A stretch of 64,000 nt of DNA from the NCBI GenBank assembly GCA_964537735.1, contig CAZICL010000003.1, forward strand, positions 61,195 to 125,194. The letters are read 5' to 3'. The stretch comes from an uncultured Rhizobium sp. Lineage in GTDB: Bacteria; Pseudomonadota; Alphaproteobacteria; Rickettsiales; UBA1997. Numbering within the stretch: the stretch's first letter is position 1; each line of letters begins with the position of its first letter. The notes under the pieces were generated by a model. That model saw only the letters and a list, made by a program, of their open reading frames with translations, did no database searches and was not told where the DNA came from. Positions 30,042 through 40,280 of the stretch are shown piece after piece. Made by a program: the position numbers and the translations under genes.

Positions 30042-31357
30042 AAAAGGGCAATTAATTTTTCAACATCACGACGCAAATCAGGCACAGAAGTGCATTCAAA
30101 ATCTTTACCGATATTTAAACCGCCGAGAAGATGAATATCGCAATTATTTGATTGAGCCATCATTAAATCAGACTCAAGCAAACCACAAGAAATCATCTGA
30201 TTGAGCAGCGGATATTTTTTGGCGCTCAATTCAAAACCCAAACAATTCACCACGTAGTCAGCAACAATCTCACCATTTCTGGTTTTGATAATAATTTTAT
30301 CAGCGACTTCTGATAATCCCAAAACGCCGCCATTTTTTAACTCAAGCTGTTTTGAAGCCACCATATTGGCAATCAACGTCATTGATTTTTGTGGAGCACG
30401 ATGACGAAAAATATTCCAATAGCAAAAAAAACGTGAGAATAATTTTTTGTTTTTTTGATCAAAATTATGCCACAGCTCTTGTGATGTTAACTTTACAGAA
30501 TCAACGACGTGGCGCAGATCAAACTGTGGATTATCACGCAAAAATTTTCGCACTTTTAAGCATAAAAACAGCACGCCTTTTTTAGCGTCAGCAACCGAAA
30601 TAAAATTGGGATTTATCTGTAAATTTCCAAAATGTGCTTGAGGAAAATTGCCGCGGCGCGAAATGACAAAAATTTTACCAGCAAAATTTCTATTTTTTAA
30701 ACCAACTATAACATCAACAGCGGTAAGGCCAGAACCAATTAGACAAATTGTTTCTTGGTCAAAATTTCTTTGATGAAAATCCAAATAATTTGCACTCCAC
30801 AAGTTTTTAATCAAATTTTTGGCAGCAAATTTCCAAGGCAATTCACTTTGTTTAAAACTGGTCGCCACAATAATTTTATCACTGTGAAATTTTTGATTGA
30901 ATGTTGTTGTCAGTGAAAAATTTGTCGCACCACAATCTTTCTTAATCGCGGCGATCTCTTGATTTATCAGCTCAAAATCAATGTTACTTTCTTGCGCTAA
31001 AGCAAAAGTTTCAGCAATAATTTGTTGTAAATATTCACCATAAATTTGCCGCGGTGCAAAACCGTCTGGGCCAATTTCTTTTAAGATCTGCGGATATTTC
31101 TTTTCTAAAAAACGACAAAAATCTTGCTCATCGTCACCAAAGGCACTCATTTTATGGGCCGGAACATTTAAAATGTAATGCGGCGAAAAATGTGCGAAAG
31201 CTGAGCTAACAAATCCTTCAAAGGATTTATCAAAAATTAATATTTTAAATTTTTTGTCACACTGACCATCTTTTCTGTCTCGACAAAATTTTTTGACAAG
31301 ATTGACAAAGGTCATCTTACCACAAAAACCAAAACCAATAATCGCGATTGTTTTCAT
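30029..31357 (-). CDS. FAD/NAD(P)-binding oxidoreductase-like protein of unknown specificity
   Basis: N-terminal dinucleotide fold MKTIAIIGFGFCGKMT and a second one at ICLIGSGLTAVDVIVGL. Overlaps the downstream MFS gene by 13 nt. Confidence 0.65.
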   Translation of the reverse strand: MKTIAIIGFGFCGKMTFVNLVKKFCRDRKDGQCDKKFKILIFDKSFEGFVSSAFAHFSPHYILNVPAHKMSAFGDDEQDFCRFLEKKYPQILKEIGPDGFAPRQIYGEYLQQIIAETFALAQESNIDFELINQEIAAIKKDCGATNFSLTTTFNQKFHSDKIIVATSFKQSELPWKFAAKNLIKNLWSANYLDFHQRNFDQETICLIGSGLTAVDVIVGLKNRNFAGKIFVISRRGNFPQAHFGNLQINPNFISVADAKKGVLFLCLKVRKFLRDNPQFDLRHVVDSVKLTSQELWHNFDQKNKKLFSRFFCYWNIFRHRAPQKSMTLIANMVASKQLELKNGGVLGLSEVADKIIIKTRNGEIVADYVVNCLGFELSAKKYPLLNQMISCGLLESDLMMAQSNNCDIHLLGGLNIGKDFECTSVPDLRRDVEKLIALLCLD

Positions 31358-31379
31358 TCTGCTGATTTACTGATTACTC

Positions 31380-31637
31380 TTACTTAGTTAGAGCTTCTTT
31401 ATTACGATCTTCAATTCTCTTGGCCAAAACCGCCCTTCTTTTTTGCATCACCTCATTAACTTTTCTAATACTTGTGCTAGAAGTCACACAGAATAAAAAC
31501 GGACAAATTGAGTGAACAACCAGAATCGCTCCGGTGATCAAAATCCACATCGCGGTAGCAAAAGCAAAAAGAAAATGCTCGAAATAATTTTCACCGGTTT
31601 CAACTAAATGGCGATTAAAAAAATTGATTTTTTCCAT
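31380..31637 (-). CDS. small two-TM membrane protein, unknown function
   Basis: 85 aa with hydrophobic segments FAFATAMWILITGAILVV and ICPFLFCV. Co-directional with, and 22 nt upstream of, the FAD/NAD(P)-binding gene. Confidence 0.5.
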   Translation of the reverse strand: MEKINFFNRHLVETGENYFEHFLFAFATAMWILITGAILVVHSICPFLFCVTSSTSIRKVNEVMQKRRAVLAKRIEDRNKEALTK

Positions 31638-31652
31638 ATAAAAATTCTTTGA

Positions 31653-31742
31653 TTTAGCATTTAACCTTTATGAGACTGTCGCAAATCAAACTTTTCGTCG
31701 AATCTGGTTTTACACGATTCTAAATGATAAAGGTTAAATGCT
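31653..31742. repeat. inverted repeat carrying the TTAGCATTTAAC / GTTAAATGCT motif
   Basis: AGCATTTAACCTTTAT (31656-31671) and ATAAAGGTTAAATGCT (31727-31742) are perfect reverse complements separated by 55 nt. They lie between the spoT stop and the start of the 85-aa membrane ORF. Confidence 0.75.
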
Positions 31743-31745
31743 GGA

Positions 31746-33911
31746 TTAGCCTGATACTCTTTGCACTGCGGTAATTTTTTTTGAAACACGCAATGCCGAG
31801 ATAATTTCTTCCAGATGATCAACACTTCGAACTTCAACATCAATCATTAATTCAAAATAATCAGCAGAGTGATTCATGGTTTTGATGTGAGTGATATTGA
31901 CTTTTTTCTTGGCAATCATGCTGGTCACATCAGCAAGACTTCCGGTTCTATTTTGAACTACAACTTGCAACTTGCTGAGATAAATTTCTTCACCCAATTC
32001 TTCATTTTCTTTCCAACAAACATCTAAAATTGCGTTAGAATTTATCGCCAAATTTTTAAGATTGTGACAGGTTTGATTATGAATTGTCACACCAGTTCCG
32101 GTGTTAATTACGCCAATAATTGGATCGCCTGGAATTGGGTTACAGCAGCCTCCGTATCGCATTGCCATGCCATTAACCAAACCTTTAATAGGCATAGCAT
32201 GTGTGGTTTTAATTTTCCTTTCCGCAACTGCTAAGGCTTTGCCCTGTTTGCTTTCTTCTTTAAAATCAGGATAAGCGGCTTTGACAACATCTTGGCGCGC
32301 AATTATGCCTTCGGCAACTTTAACGTATAAATCAGCAACTGATTTTCGTCCAAAATTTGTTAAAGTTTTTTCAAGAATTTTTTCGCTTACTTCAAGATTT
32401 TTAGCAGCAAAAAATTTAGTCAAAATCGCACGTCCTAAAGCGTGATATTCGGCAAATTTTTCATTACGCAGAAAATTTTTAATACCGTATTTGGCTTTTG
32501 ACGTGACCACAAATTGTAGCCAATTCAAAGATGGTTTAGCACTTTTCGAAGTATTAATTTCAACTTGATCGCCATTTTCCAACTTCTGGCGCAACGGCAC
32601 AATAACTCCATTAATCTTGGCCGAAACACAATTATTTCCCACCTGTGAATGCACTTCATAAGCAAAATCAACAACCGTTGAACCCAGTGGTAAATTAAAA
32701 ATATCGCCACCTGGCGTGAAGCAGAAAACTTTATTTTTATGAGCGGAAACTTTGTGCTGTGTTAAAACTTCGCTGAAGTTTTCTGAAGTTTCGAATAAAT
32801 TTAAAAGCTCGCGAATCCACTGATATTGAACTCTCTCAGACTTACTAATGGGCTGACCCTTTTTTGATTTGGCAAATTGTGCTTTATAATTTGAGTGTGC
32901 TGCAATGCCAACTTCAGCAACTTCGTGCATTTCGCGATCGCGAATCTGAATTTCAATTTTCTTGTTAAATGGCCCCAGAATTGCCATATGCAAAGAGCGA
33001 TAACCATTTTCTTTCGGCGTGCTGATGTAATCTTTGAAAGTGCCAGGAATCATGTTATAGCTTGAGTTAATGATGCCAAGAACACGATAACATTCACCGA
33101 TATTTTTTGTGATCACACGAAATGCCATGATGTCGTGCAGATGATGAAAGCCGATGTTTTTTTTCTTCATATTCATCCAAATTGAATATGGCTTTTTCTC
33201 GCGACCCGACACTTCAAATTCAACATTTTCTGCCGTCAGCAATTCTTGCAGATCAGAGATTATTTTTTCGACCAAGTCTTTGCGCTTCTCTTTTAAATCA
33301 TTCAAGCCATCAACTATGAAATTTCTGTTTTCTGGATCAATGATAGCAAAAGATAGTTCCTGCAATTCATCTTTAATTTTGTTAAGTCCGATTCCTGCAG
33401 CCAAAGGTGCAAAAATATCCAAACTTTCTTGAGCCTTTTTGATTCTTTTTTCTTTTGACGGCACATAAGCCAAGGTGCGCATATTGTGCAAACGATCAGC
33501 TAATTTCACCAACAGCACACGAATATCTTCCGACATCGCCAAAGCCAGTTTACGGAAATTTTCCGCTACTCTCTCATTGGAAGGAATAGATTCAATTATT
33601 CCAAGTTTGGTAACACCATCAACTAACTTGGCAATTTCTTCGCCAAAATCTTTTTCAATTTCTTCAATTGTAACGTCAGTATCTTCAACAACATCATGCA
33701 GCAAAGCAGTAATGATTGATTGTTGATCAAGTTTTAAATCGATGAGAATTTCTGCAACGGCCAGCGGGTGGATAAAATAAGGATCGCCAGAATGTCTTTT
33801 TTGGTTGCCGTGAGAGGTTTTGGAAAGAATGTAAGCCTTTTGTATTAAAGGCTCATTCAGGTTTGGGTGATAGGAACGGATTTTAGATAGAAGCTCGGAA
33901 GCGGAGAGCAT
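31746..33911 (-). CDS. spoT: bifunctional (p)ppGpp synthetase/hydrolase, RelA/SpoT homolog
   Basis: HD hydrolase motifs (HPLAVAEIL, LHDVVEDT), synthetase segment (YRSLHMAI, EIQIRD), then TGS and C-terminal ACT-like regions. 721 aa. Confidence 0.9.
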   Translation of the reverse strand: MLSASELLSKIRSYHPNLNEPLIQKAYILSKTSHGNQKRHSGDPYFIHPLAVAEILIDLKLDQQSIITALLHDVVEDTDVTIEEIEKDFGEEIAKLVDGVTKLGIIESIPSNERVAENFRKLALAMSEDIRVLLVKLADRLHNMRTLAYVPSKEKRIKKAQESLDIFAPLAAGIGLNKIKDELQELSFAIIDPENRNFIVDGLNDLKEKRKDLVEKIISDLQELLTAENVEFEVSGREKKPYSIWMNMKKKNIGFHHLHDIMAFRVITKNIGECYRVLGIINSSYNMIPGTFKDYISTPKENGYRSLHMAILGPFNKKIEIQIRDREMHEVAEVGIAAHSNYKAQFAKSKKGQPISKSERVQYQWIRELLNLFETSENFSEVLTQHKVSAHKNKVFCFTPGGDIFNLPLGSTVVDFAYEVHSQVGNNCVSAKINGVIVPLRQKLENGDQVEINTSKSAKPSLNWLQFVVTSKAKYGIKNFLRNEKFAEYHALGRAILTKFFAAKNLEVSEKILEKTLTNFGRKSVADLYVKVAEGIIARQDVVKAAYPDFKEESKQGKALAVAERKIKTTHAMPIKGLVNGMAMRYGGCCNPIPGDPIIGVINTGTGVTIHNQTCHNLKNLAINSNAILDVCWKENEELGEEIYLSKLQVVVQNRTGSLADVTSMIAKKKVNITHIKTMNHSADYFELMIDVEVRSVDHLEEIISALRVSKKITAVQRVSG

Positions 33912-33927
33912 TATGCGAAATTTAACA

Positions 33928-33986
33928 TTGATGATTTCACATTTAGCAATTCATCAAATGTGAGATGATCAAATGCTAAATGCTAA
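33928..33986. repeat. imperfect 17-bp hairpin plus AAATGCTAAATGCTAA heptamer copies in the rpoZ-spoT spacer
   Basis: TTGATGATTTCACATTT (33928-33944) pairs with AAATGTGAGATGATCAA (33956-33972), 15 of 17 positions. This is followed by AAATGCTAAATGCTAA (33971-33986). Confidence 0.65.
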
Positions 33987-33992
33987 CTCAAC

Positions 33993-34337
33993 TTAATCGT
34001 CAACTACGATATTTTCGTCAACAAAAGCAGTGTCTTTTAAAACTAGATTTTGTGATTGAATTTCTTCTTCAACAAGATCGCTGATTTCGCTGTTATTTTG
34101 AATATTTTCAGCAGAGCTGCGGTTTTTAATGGTGCGAACGATATTTGATTTAATGCCTTCAACATCAACTAAGCCATCAGCAATTTCTCTGAGGGAAATA
34201 ACCGCTGGTTTTTCTTTGCGATCAAGCTGAGTTGCAGCACCAGACAAAATGCTTTTAGCGCGATTGCTGGCAACTAAACAAAGTTCAAAACGATTAGGTA
34301 CAACTGTTACGCAGTCTTCAACTGTAATTCTTGCCAT
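33993..34337 (-). CDS. rpoZ: DNA-directed RNA polymerase subunit omega
   Basis: MARITVEDCVTVVPNRFELCLVASNRAKSI is the classic RpoZ N-terminus. The rpoZ-spoT order is conserved in proteobacteria. Confidence 0.85.
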   Translation of the reverse strand: MARITVEDCVTVVPNRFELCLVASNRAKSILSGAATQLDRKEKPAVISLREIADGLVDVEGIKSNIVRTIKNRSSAENIQNNSEISDLVEEEIQSQNLVLKDTAFVDENIVVDD

Positions 34338-34414
34338 TGTGAAATTGGAATTGGTTGGGGAAAATTAAGGCTGCACAAGCTATAAAGACATTTTCTCTAA
34401 ATCAACAAATTTAT

Positions 34415-34446
34415 CATTTAGCATTAACATTTAGCATTTAACATTT
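34415..34446. repeat. tandem CATTTAGCATT(T)AA copies in the rpoZ/map divergent intergenic region
   Basis: The sequence catttagcattaacatttagcatttaacattt reads (YTAAATG)n toward rpoZ, about 80-110 nt upstream of its ATG. Confidence 0.65.
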
Positions 34447-34499
34447 TTTGATCTAACTGCGCTGAAAAATCAGCAACTAAAAAACTAAATTAAAAATTA

Positions 34500-35291
34500 A
34501 TGACTGTTACCATTCATAAATCTGAAGACTTTGCAAAAATGCGTGCCGCTGGAAAATTAGCGGCCGAAGTTCTCGACTTCATTATTCCTTACGTAAAGCC
34601 CGGCGTTACTACTGAATCATTGGACAAATTATGCCACGCTAAAATAGTCGAAAACGGCGCTATTCCTGCCCCGCTAAATTATAAAGGTTTTCCCAAATCA
34701 ATCTGCACTTCAATTAACCACGTGGTCTGTCACGGCATTCCTGGAAATAAGGAATTAAAAAATGGCGATATTTTAAATATCGACGTCACAGTGATTGTTG
34801 ATGGCTGGCACGGCGACACCAGCCGTATGTACTATGTTGGAGAACCACAACTTAAAGCCAAAAGATTATGTCAGACTACTTTTGACTGCATGATGTTAGG
34901 CATTGAACAAGTTAAACCAGGCAACACTTTGGGCGATATCGGATATGCCATTCAATCTTACGCCGAGAAACAAGGATTTTCAGTAGTGCGCGATTATTGC
35001 GGACACGGCATCGGCAGAATTTTTCACTCTGAACCAAGTGTAGTGCATTACGGCAAAAAAGGTACAGGACTGGTTTTGGAAGAAGGCATGTTTTTTACAA
35101 TTGAACCCATGATCAATGTTGGCCGCTATGAAACTCTTTTAAGTAAGCATGATGGTTGGACGGTTACTACCCGTGATAAATCACTATCGGCACAGTTTGA
35201 ACACAGCGTTGCAGTTACAAAAGACGGTGTCGAAATTTTCACCGCCTCACCGGCCGGATTAGATTTTCCACCTTATAAAATTAGCGTTTAA
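34500..35291 (+). CDS. map: type I methionine aminopeptidase
   Basis: Metal ligand pattern NIDVTV..DGWHGD, GHGIGRIFHSEP, FTIEPM, EHSVAVT. Confidence 0.95.
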   Translation: MTVTIHKSEDFAKMRAAGKLAAEVLDFIIPYVKPGVTTESLDKLCHAKIVENGAIPAPLNYKGFPKSICTSINHVVCHGIPGNKELKNGDILNIDVTVIVDGWHGDTSRMYYVGEPQLKAKRLCQTTFDCMMLGIEQVKPGNTLGDIGYAIQSYAEKQGFSVVRDYCGHGIGRIFHSEPSVVHYGKKGTGLVLEEGMFFTIEPMINVGRYETLLSKHDGWTVTTRDKSLSAQFEHSVAVTKDGVEIFTASPAGLDFPPYKISV

Positions 35292-35399
35292 TTAGGTATG
35301 CCTCTTAAAAAAGCTCTGTCATCGTTTGCCATCCAATAACAAAAAAACATTATGATGGCACAAATACACTCTTAAACCAGCAACTTTTTCATTGCTATT

Positions 35400-36887
35400 T
35401 TGCCTCTCTTTCCTAGATTGCGCCGCTTTCAAATTTCCTCCACAAAACTTCAATTTAATCAAATCGCAGGAGATCTCGCTTTGCTGAAATCAATAAAATC
35501 TTACAATATTTCTGGAACTCAGTGCCTGCCAATTATCGAAGGCGGAAAAGGCGTTGGCGTTACCACCGGTGTTACTGCTGGACATTTTGCCAAAGCCGGT
35601 GCAGTGGGAACATTCTCCGGTGTTAATGCCGACTGGATTGATGAAAATGGCAAACTTATTGCACTTGAATATCGCACTCACACCCGCCGCGAAAAACATG
35701 AGGAACTGATAGCTTACTCAATCGGAGGCGGTATTGCACAAGCAAAAATTGCCCATGATATTGCTGGTGGCAATGGTCGCATCCACATGAACGTGTTGTG
35801 GGAAATGGGTGGTGCTGAAAAAGTTTTACATGGTATTTTGGAAGGATCAAAAGGCTTAATTCATGGCATCACTTGTGGTGCAGGCATGCCTTATCGCTTA
35901 TCTGAAATTGCCGAAAAATATAATGTTTATTATTACCCCATAGTTTCTTCCATGCGCGCTTTTCGTGCCTTGTGGAAAAGAAGTTATCACAAAGCAATTC
36001 CACTTCTTGGCGGCGTAGTTTACGAATGCCCTTGGCGTGCCGGCGGACATAATGGCTTGTCTAATGCTGAAAGCCCAGATGCTTACGAAGATCCATATCC
36101 AAGAGTTGCTGAAATTCGCACTTTTATGAATTCAGTTGGCTTAAATGAAGTGCCAATCGTCATGGCTGGCGGCGTGTGGAATTTATCTGAGTTCGAACAT
36201 TGGCTTGATAATCCTGAAATTGGACCGGTAGTTTTCCAGTTCGGTACTCGTCCAATAGTCACTCAAGAATATCCGGTTCCTGACGCTTGGAAGAAAAAAC
36301 TACTCACTTTGAAAGAAGGCGATGTTTATCTAAACCGTTTCAGCCCAACTGGCTTTTATTCTTCCGCAGTTGAAAACGATTTCATCCGTGAATTAAAAGG
36401 CCGCGAAATCAGACAAGTTGAATATCGCGCTAAATCTGTCGATGATTTCACTTGTGAAATTCCTTTCGGACAACGCGGACGCGTCGTTTTCATCAAAGCA
36501 GAAGATAAATCAAAAGTTGATAGCTGGATTGCTCAAGGCCATGTTGAAAGCATGAAAACACCGGATGAAACCTTGATGTTTGTTGATAAAGCAAAAGCAG
36601 CACAAATTGTCACTGACCAAATTGATTGCATGGGATGTTTAAGCCAATGCCGCTTCAGTAACTGGTCTGACAAAGCTGAAATGAATTACACAACCGATCG
36701 CAAAGCAGACCCACGCAGTTTCTGTATTCAAAAAACTTTACAGGATATTCGCCAAGGCATCGATATTGAAAATCAACTTATGTTCTCCGGTCACAGCGCC
36801 TATCGTTTTGCCACTGATTCATTCTACGATAATGGATTTGTGCCTACGATTCAGCAGCTGGTAGATCGGATTATGCAGGGAAAATAA
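35400..36887 (+). CDS. nitronate monooxygenase / NAD(P)H-dependent flavin oxidoreductase-like TIM-barrel protein with C-terminal extension
   Basis: LPIIEGGKGVGV, ITCGAGMPY, AGGHNG, VMAGGVW. There is no ATG near the 5' end. The ORF-track start is TTG 35400. An in-frame TTG at 35481 preceded by AGGAG (8-nt spacer) is an equally plausible start. Confidence 0.7.
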   Translation: MPLFPRLRRFQISSTKLQFNQIAGDLALLKSIKSYNISGTQCLPIIEGGKGVGVTTGVTAGHFAKAGAVGTFSGVNADWIDENGKLIALEYRTHTRREKHEELIAYSIGGGIAQAKIAHDIAGGNGRIHMNVLWEMGGAEKVLHGILEGSKGLIHGITCGAGMPYRLSEIAEKYNVYYYPIVSSMRAFRALWKRSYHKAIPLLGGVVYECPWRAGGHNGLSNAESPDAYEDPYPRVAEIRTFMNSVGLNEVPIVMAGGVWNLSEFEHWLDNPEIGPVVFQFGTRPIVTQEYPVPDAWKKKLLTLKEGDVYLNRFSPTGFYSSAVENDFIRELKGREIRQVEYRAKSVDDFTCEIPFGQRGRVVFIKAEDKSKVDSWIAQGHVESMKTPDETLMFVDKAKAAQIVTDQIDCMGCLSQCRFSNWSDKAEMNYTTDRKADPRSFCIQKTLQDIRQGIDIENQLMFSGHSAYRFATDSFYDNGFVPTIQQLVDRIMQGK

Positions 36888-37045
36888 AACTATCTTCTCA
36901 AACAACGCATCTATTGGCGATGGACACTTGACACAGCGAGATTTAAGAAAAGTGAGTTTGCACAACAAAATCCGTTTATGATCATCTCCAATACATGCCA
37001 GAGAATCCACTTTTGGGAACCTCAGCTATTTATCATACTTTAATA

Positions 37046-38659
37046 ATGACCAGATTCATCTTCATTACCGGCGGTGTAGTTTCTTCTCTTGGAAAAGGCC
37101 TCGCTTCCGCTTCTCTTGCCGCTTTATTACAAGCTCGCGGCTATTCTGTAAAATTGCGCAAACTTGATCCTTACTTAAATGTGGATCCCGGCACCATGAG
37201 CCCTACACAACATGGTGAGGTTTTTGTTACCGAAGATGGTGCTGAAACTGACCTTGATTTAGGACATTACGAACGCTTCACCGGTGTTGATGCCAAGAAA
37301 TCAGACAATGTCACGGCTGGACAAATTTACTCCAACCTGTTATCAAAAGAACGCAAAGGTGATTATCTTGGCGGCACAGTACAAGTGATTCCACACGTTA
37401 CTGATTTGATTAAAGAATTTATTTTAAATGACGTTAAAGGTATTGATTTTGCTCTTTGCGAAATTGGTGGAACCGTTGGCGATATTGAAGCCCTGCCATT
37501 TTTCGAAGCCATTCGTCAGTTGGGTTATGAATATGGTCAAGATCGCTGTGCTTTTTTACACCTCACCTTGCTGCCTTATATTGAAAGCGCCAATGAGCTT
37601 AAAACAAAACCAACACAACATTCTGTAAAAGAATTACGTTCCATTGGCATTCAACCAAGCGTTTTATTATGCCGCGCCGAACGTCCGGTGACTAAATCAC
37701 ATTTAGAAAAAATTGCTAAAATGTGTTCAGTTCCAACTTCATCAGTTATCGCTGCACCAAATGCTTCCAGCATTTACGAAGTTCCAATGATTTATCACAA
37801 AAATGGTTTGGATACTGAAATCTTAAAATTCTTCAAACTTGATCACAAAAAGAAACCGGACCTGACTAAATGGCTCAAAATCAAAGATGCCATCGAAAAT
37901 CCACAGCATAAAGTCAATATTGCCATTGTCGGGAAATATAATGACTATCGCGATTCTTATAAATCACTTCTTGAAGCTATTGATCACGCTTCTTTTTCAT
38001 TAAAAGCACAGGCCAACATTATTTGGGTTAATGCCCGCGATGGTAAAAATGCTTTACCAAAAAATATTGATGCGGTGCTTGTTCCTGGAGGCTTCGGTGA
38101 ATCAGGCGTGGAAGGAAAAATCGACATGATCAAACAAGCGCGTTTGCAAAAGATTCCTTGCCTGGGAATTTGCTACGGAATGCAAATGGCAGTTATTGAA
38201 TATGCTCGCAATGTTCTTGAAATAAAGGATGCCACTTCCAGTGAATTTTCCAAAAAAGGTACTTTTGTTATTGGCATGATGCACGAATGGCAAGATGTTA
38301 GCGGCAAAAAAACTAAAAAAGCCGGCTCTAATATGGGTGGAACTATGCGACTTGGAGCCTATCCTTGCGCTATTTCCAAAGGCAGTTTGGCTGAGAAAAT
38401 TTACGGTAAAACTAAAATTTCTGAACGTCATCGCCATCGTTATGAAGTCAACGTTAACTACAAAAATGGTTTAGAAAAAGCCGGATTAAAATTCTCTGGC
38501 ATGTCGCCAGATGGTAAATTGCCCGAAATTGTCGAGATTAAAGATCATCCATTTTTTGTCGGAGTACAATTTCATCCCGAGCTAAAATCAAAACCATTTG
38601 CAGCTCATCCACTGTTTGTTTCTTTTATCGCCAGCGCCATCAAAAATAAGAATGTTTAA
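37046..38659 (+). CDS. pyrG: CTP synthase
   Basis: The conserved N-terminus [18 protein letters not shown] begins at ATG 37046. Glutaminase triad region GICYGMQ ... HRHRYEVN ... QFHPE. Confidence 0.95.
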   Translation: MTRFIFITGGVVSSLGKGLASASLAALLQARGYSVKLRKLDPYLNVDPGTMSPTQHGEVFVTEDGAETDLDLGHYERFTGVDAKKSDNVTAGQIYSNLLSKERKGDYLGGTVQVIPHVTDLIKEFILNDVKGIDFALCEIGGTVGDIEALPFFEAIRQLGYEYGQDRCAFLHLTLLPYIESANELKTKPTQHSVKELRSIGIQPSVLLCRAERPVTKSHLEKIAKMCSVPTSSVIAAPNASSIYEVPMIYHKNGLDTEILKFFKLDHKKKPDLTKWLKIKDAIENPQHKVNIAIVGKYNDYRDSYKSLLEAIDHASFSLKAQANIIWVNARDGKNALPKNIDAVLVPGGFGESGVEGKIDMIKQARLQKIPCLGICYGMQMAVIEYARNVLEIKDATSSEFSKKGTFVIGMMHEWQDVSGKKTKKAGSNMGGTMRLGAYPCAISKGSLAEKIYGKTKISERHRHRYEVNVNYKNGLEKAGLKFSGMSPDGKLPEIVEIKDHPFFVGVQFHPELKSKPFAAHPLFVSFIASAIKNKNV

Positions 38660-39272
38660 ATTCTTCCTGCAAAAATCTATAATCATACTACTAGCATTCA
38701 CCCTTTATTCCTGTGGCTTTCAAGTAGTTTACGATGAAAGAAATAAACAGGCTGAATTTGATTATGAAAAAGAATTAGCAGCAATAATTATTAAAAAAAC
38801 CCGCGCAAAAGTTGATCAAAATTTGAAAAGCAATCTCTACGATTTGCTTAATCCAGACTATGTCAAAGTTGAGCCCAAATATTTTCTGGTCATTAACTTA
38901 AAGAAACTCACCTCTTCTACTTTTACCACTTCAAGCGGTGCTTCGGGACGTAATCGCGTTATTTTAAATGCCAATTATGAACTATTTTCTCTTGAAAGTG
39001 GTGAACTAATTGCAATCGGTTCATCAACTATCAATGACAACTATGATGTAACTTCAAACCGTTTTGCTTCTTATTCCGCCGATGAATATATTTCGACAAA
39101 TCTTACCAAGGTTTTGGCACAAAATATCCGTAATGCACTGATTAATGATCTAGTTGAAATGCATAGAAAATCTCTCAAGAAAAATGAGGAAGACAATGAT
39201 TCTGCGAAGGACAATTCATCTACAAACAAAGCTACGCTTGCCAAAAAAGCAAAAATCCGGACCAAAAATTAA
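38652..39272 (+). CDS. lptE: outer-membrane lipoprotein, probably LPS-assembly lipoprotein LptE
   Basis: Internal ATG 38652 gives [20 protein letters not shown]|CGF, a signal peptide plus lipobox. The size and beta-rich pattern resemble LptE/RlpB. The family call is tentative. Confidence 0.5.
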   Translation: MFKFFLQKSIIILLAFTLYSCGFQVVYDERNKQAEFDYEKELAAIIIKKTRAKVDQNLKSNLYDLLNPDYVKVEPKYFLVINLKKLTSSTFTTSSGASGRNRVILNANYELFSLESGELIAIGSSTINDNYDVTSNRFASYSADEYISTNLTKVLAQNIRNALINDLVEMHRKSLKKNEEDNDSAKDNSSTNKATLAKKAKIRTKN

Positions 39273-39343
39273 GGTATAATAAGTACCACTTCAAGCCTGG
39301 ATCATCCTATTTTTTCATTATGCCTAGTAGAGCTAGGACTCTT

Positions 39344-40021
39344 TTAACCGATAAGGCTTTCAAACATTGTAAGACCATCTCGTGAGCCATTTTTATCAGC
39401 AGCTCTTTCCGGATGCGGCATCATGCCTAAAACATTCTTTTTATCATTAAAAATTCCCGCAATATTAAGCGCTGATCCATTGGGATTGGCTTCATCAGTG
39501 ACATTTCCATTAACGTCAACATAGCGGAAAGCTACATTTCCATTACCTTCGATTTTTTTTAGCGTTTCAGTATCCGCAAAAAAATTACCGTCCATATGAG
39601 CAATTGGCACTCGAATCACCTGGTTCTTTTTATATTTTGCAGTGAAGCAACTATTACTATCTTCAACACGCAATAACATCTCACGACAAATAAATTTTCC
39701 CTTTTGATTACGCATCAAAACGCCGTCAAGCAATCCGGCTTCGGTCAAAATTTGAAAGCCGTTACAAATTCCTAAAATTTTCGTGCCCCGTTCTGCAATT
39801 CTTTTTACTTCCTGCATCACTGAAGAAATTGAGGCCATAGCGCCACTGCGCAAATAATCGCCATAAGAAAATCCACCCGGAACCACGATTAAATCGAAAT
39901 CATTTTCAATTGAAGTTTCCTGATGCCAGATTTTTGTAACTTTAGCACCAACTTTTTGCAAAGTGGTAACCGCATCGCGATCACAATTTGAGCCGGGAAA
40001 AACGATAACTGCTGCTTTCAT
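39344..40021 (-). CDS. purQ: phosphoribosylformylglycinamidine synthase, glutaminase subunit PurQ
   Basis: [19 protein letters not shown] (nucleophile Cys), MPHPER. Confidence 0.9.
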   Translation of the reverse strand: MKAAVIVFPGSNCDRDAVTTLQKVGAKVTKIWHQETSIENDFDLIVVPGGFSYGDYLRSGAMASISSVMQEVKRIAERGTKILGICNGFQILTEAGLLDGVLMRNQKGKFICREMLLRVEDSNSCFTAKYKKNQVIRVPIAHMDGNFFADTETLKKIEGNGNVAFRYVDVNGNVTDEANPNGSALNIAGIFNDKKNVLGMMPHPERAADKNGSRDGLTMFESLIG

Positions 40022-40032
40022 GCCTAAAAAAT

Positions 40033-40278
40033 TTAAGAGATAACTTCGTATTTATAGTCTTCGATAACTTTGTTAACGAGTAACTTGTCACAAATTTCAT
40101 CAACAATATTTTGAATTTTAGTTGAATCAGTTTCGCTAATATCAAGTTCTACAACCTTACCTTGCCTAACTTGCGATATTTGTGCAAAGCCAAGATTTTT
40201 TTGCAAAGAAGTTTCAATCGCTTTGCCTTGAGTGTCCAAAACGCCTTTTTTCAGCGTTATAATTATTCTGATTTTCAT
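40033..40278 (-). CDS. purS: phosphoribosylformylglycinamidine synthase subunit PurS
   Basis: 81 aa, KKGVLDTQGKAIE motif, located between purC and purQ. Confidence 0.8.
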   Translation of the reverse strand: MKIRIIITLKKGVLDTQGKAIETSLQKNLGFAQISQVRQGKVVELDISETDSTKIQNIVDEICDKLLVNKVIEDYKYEVIS

Positions 40279-40280
40279 GA

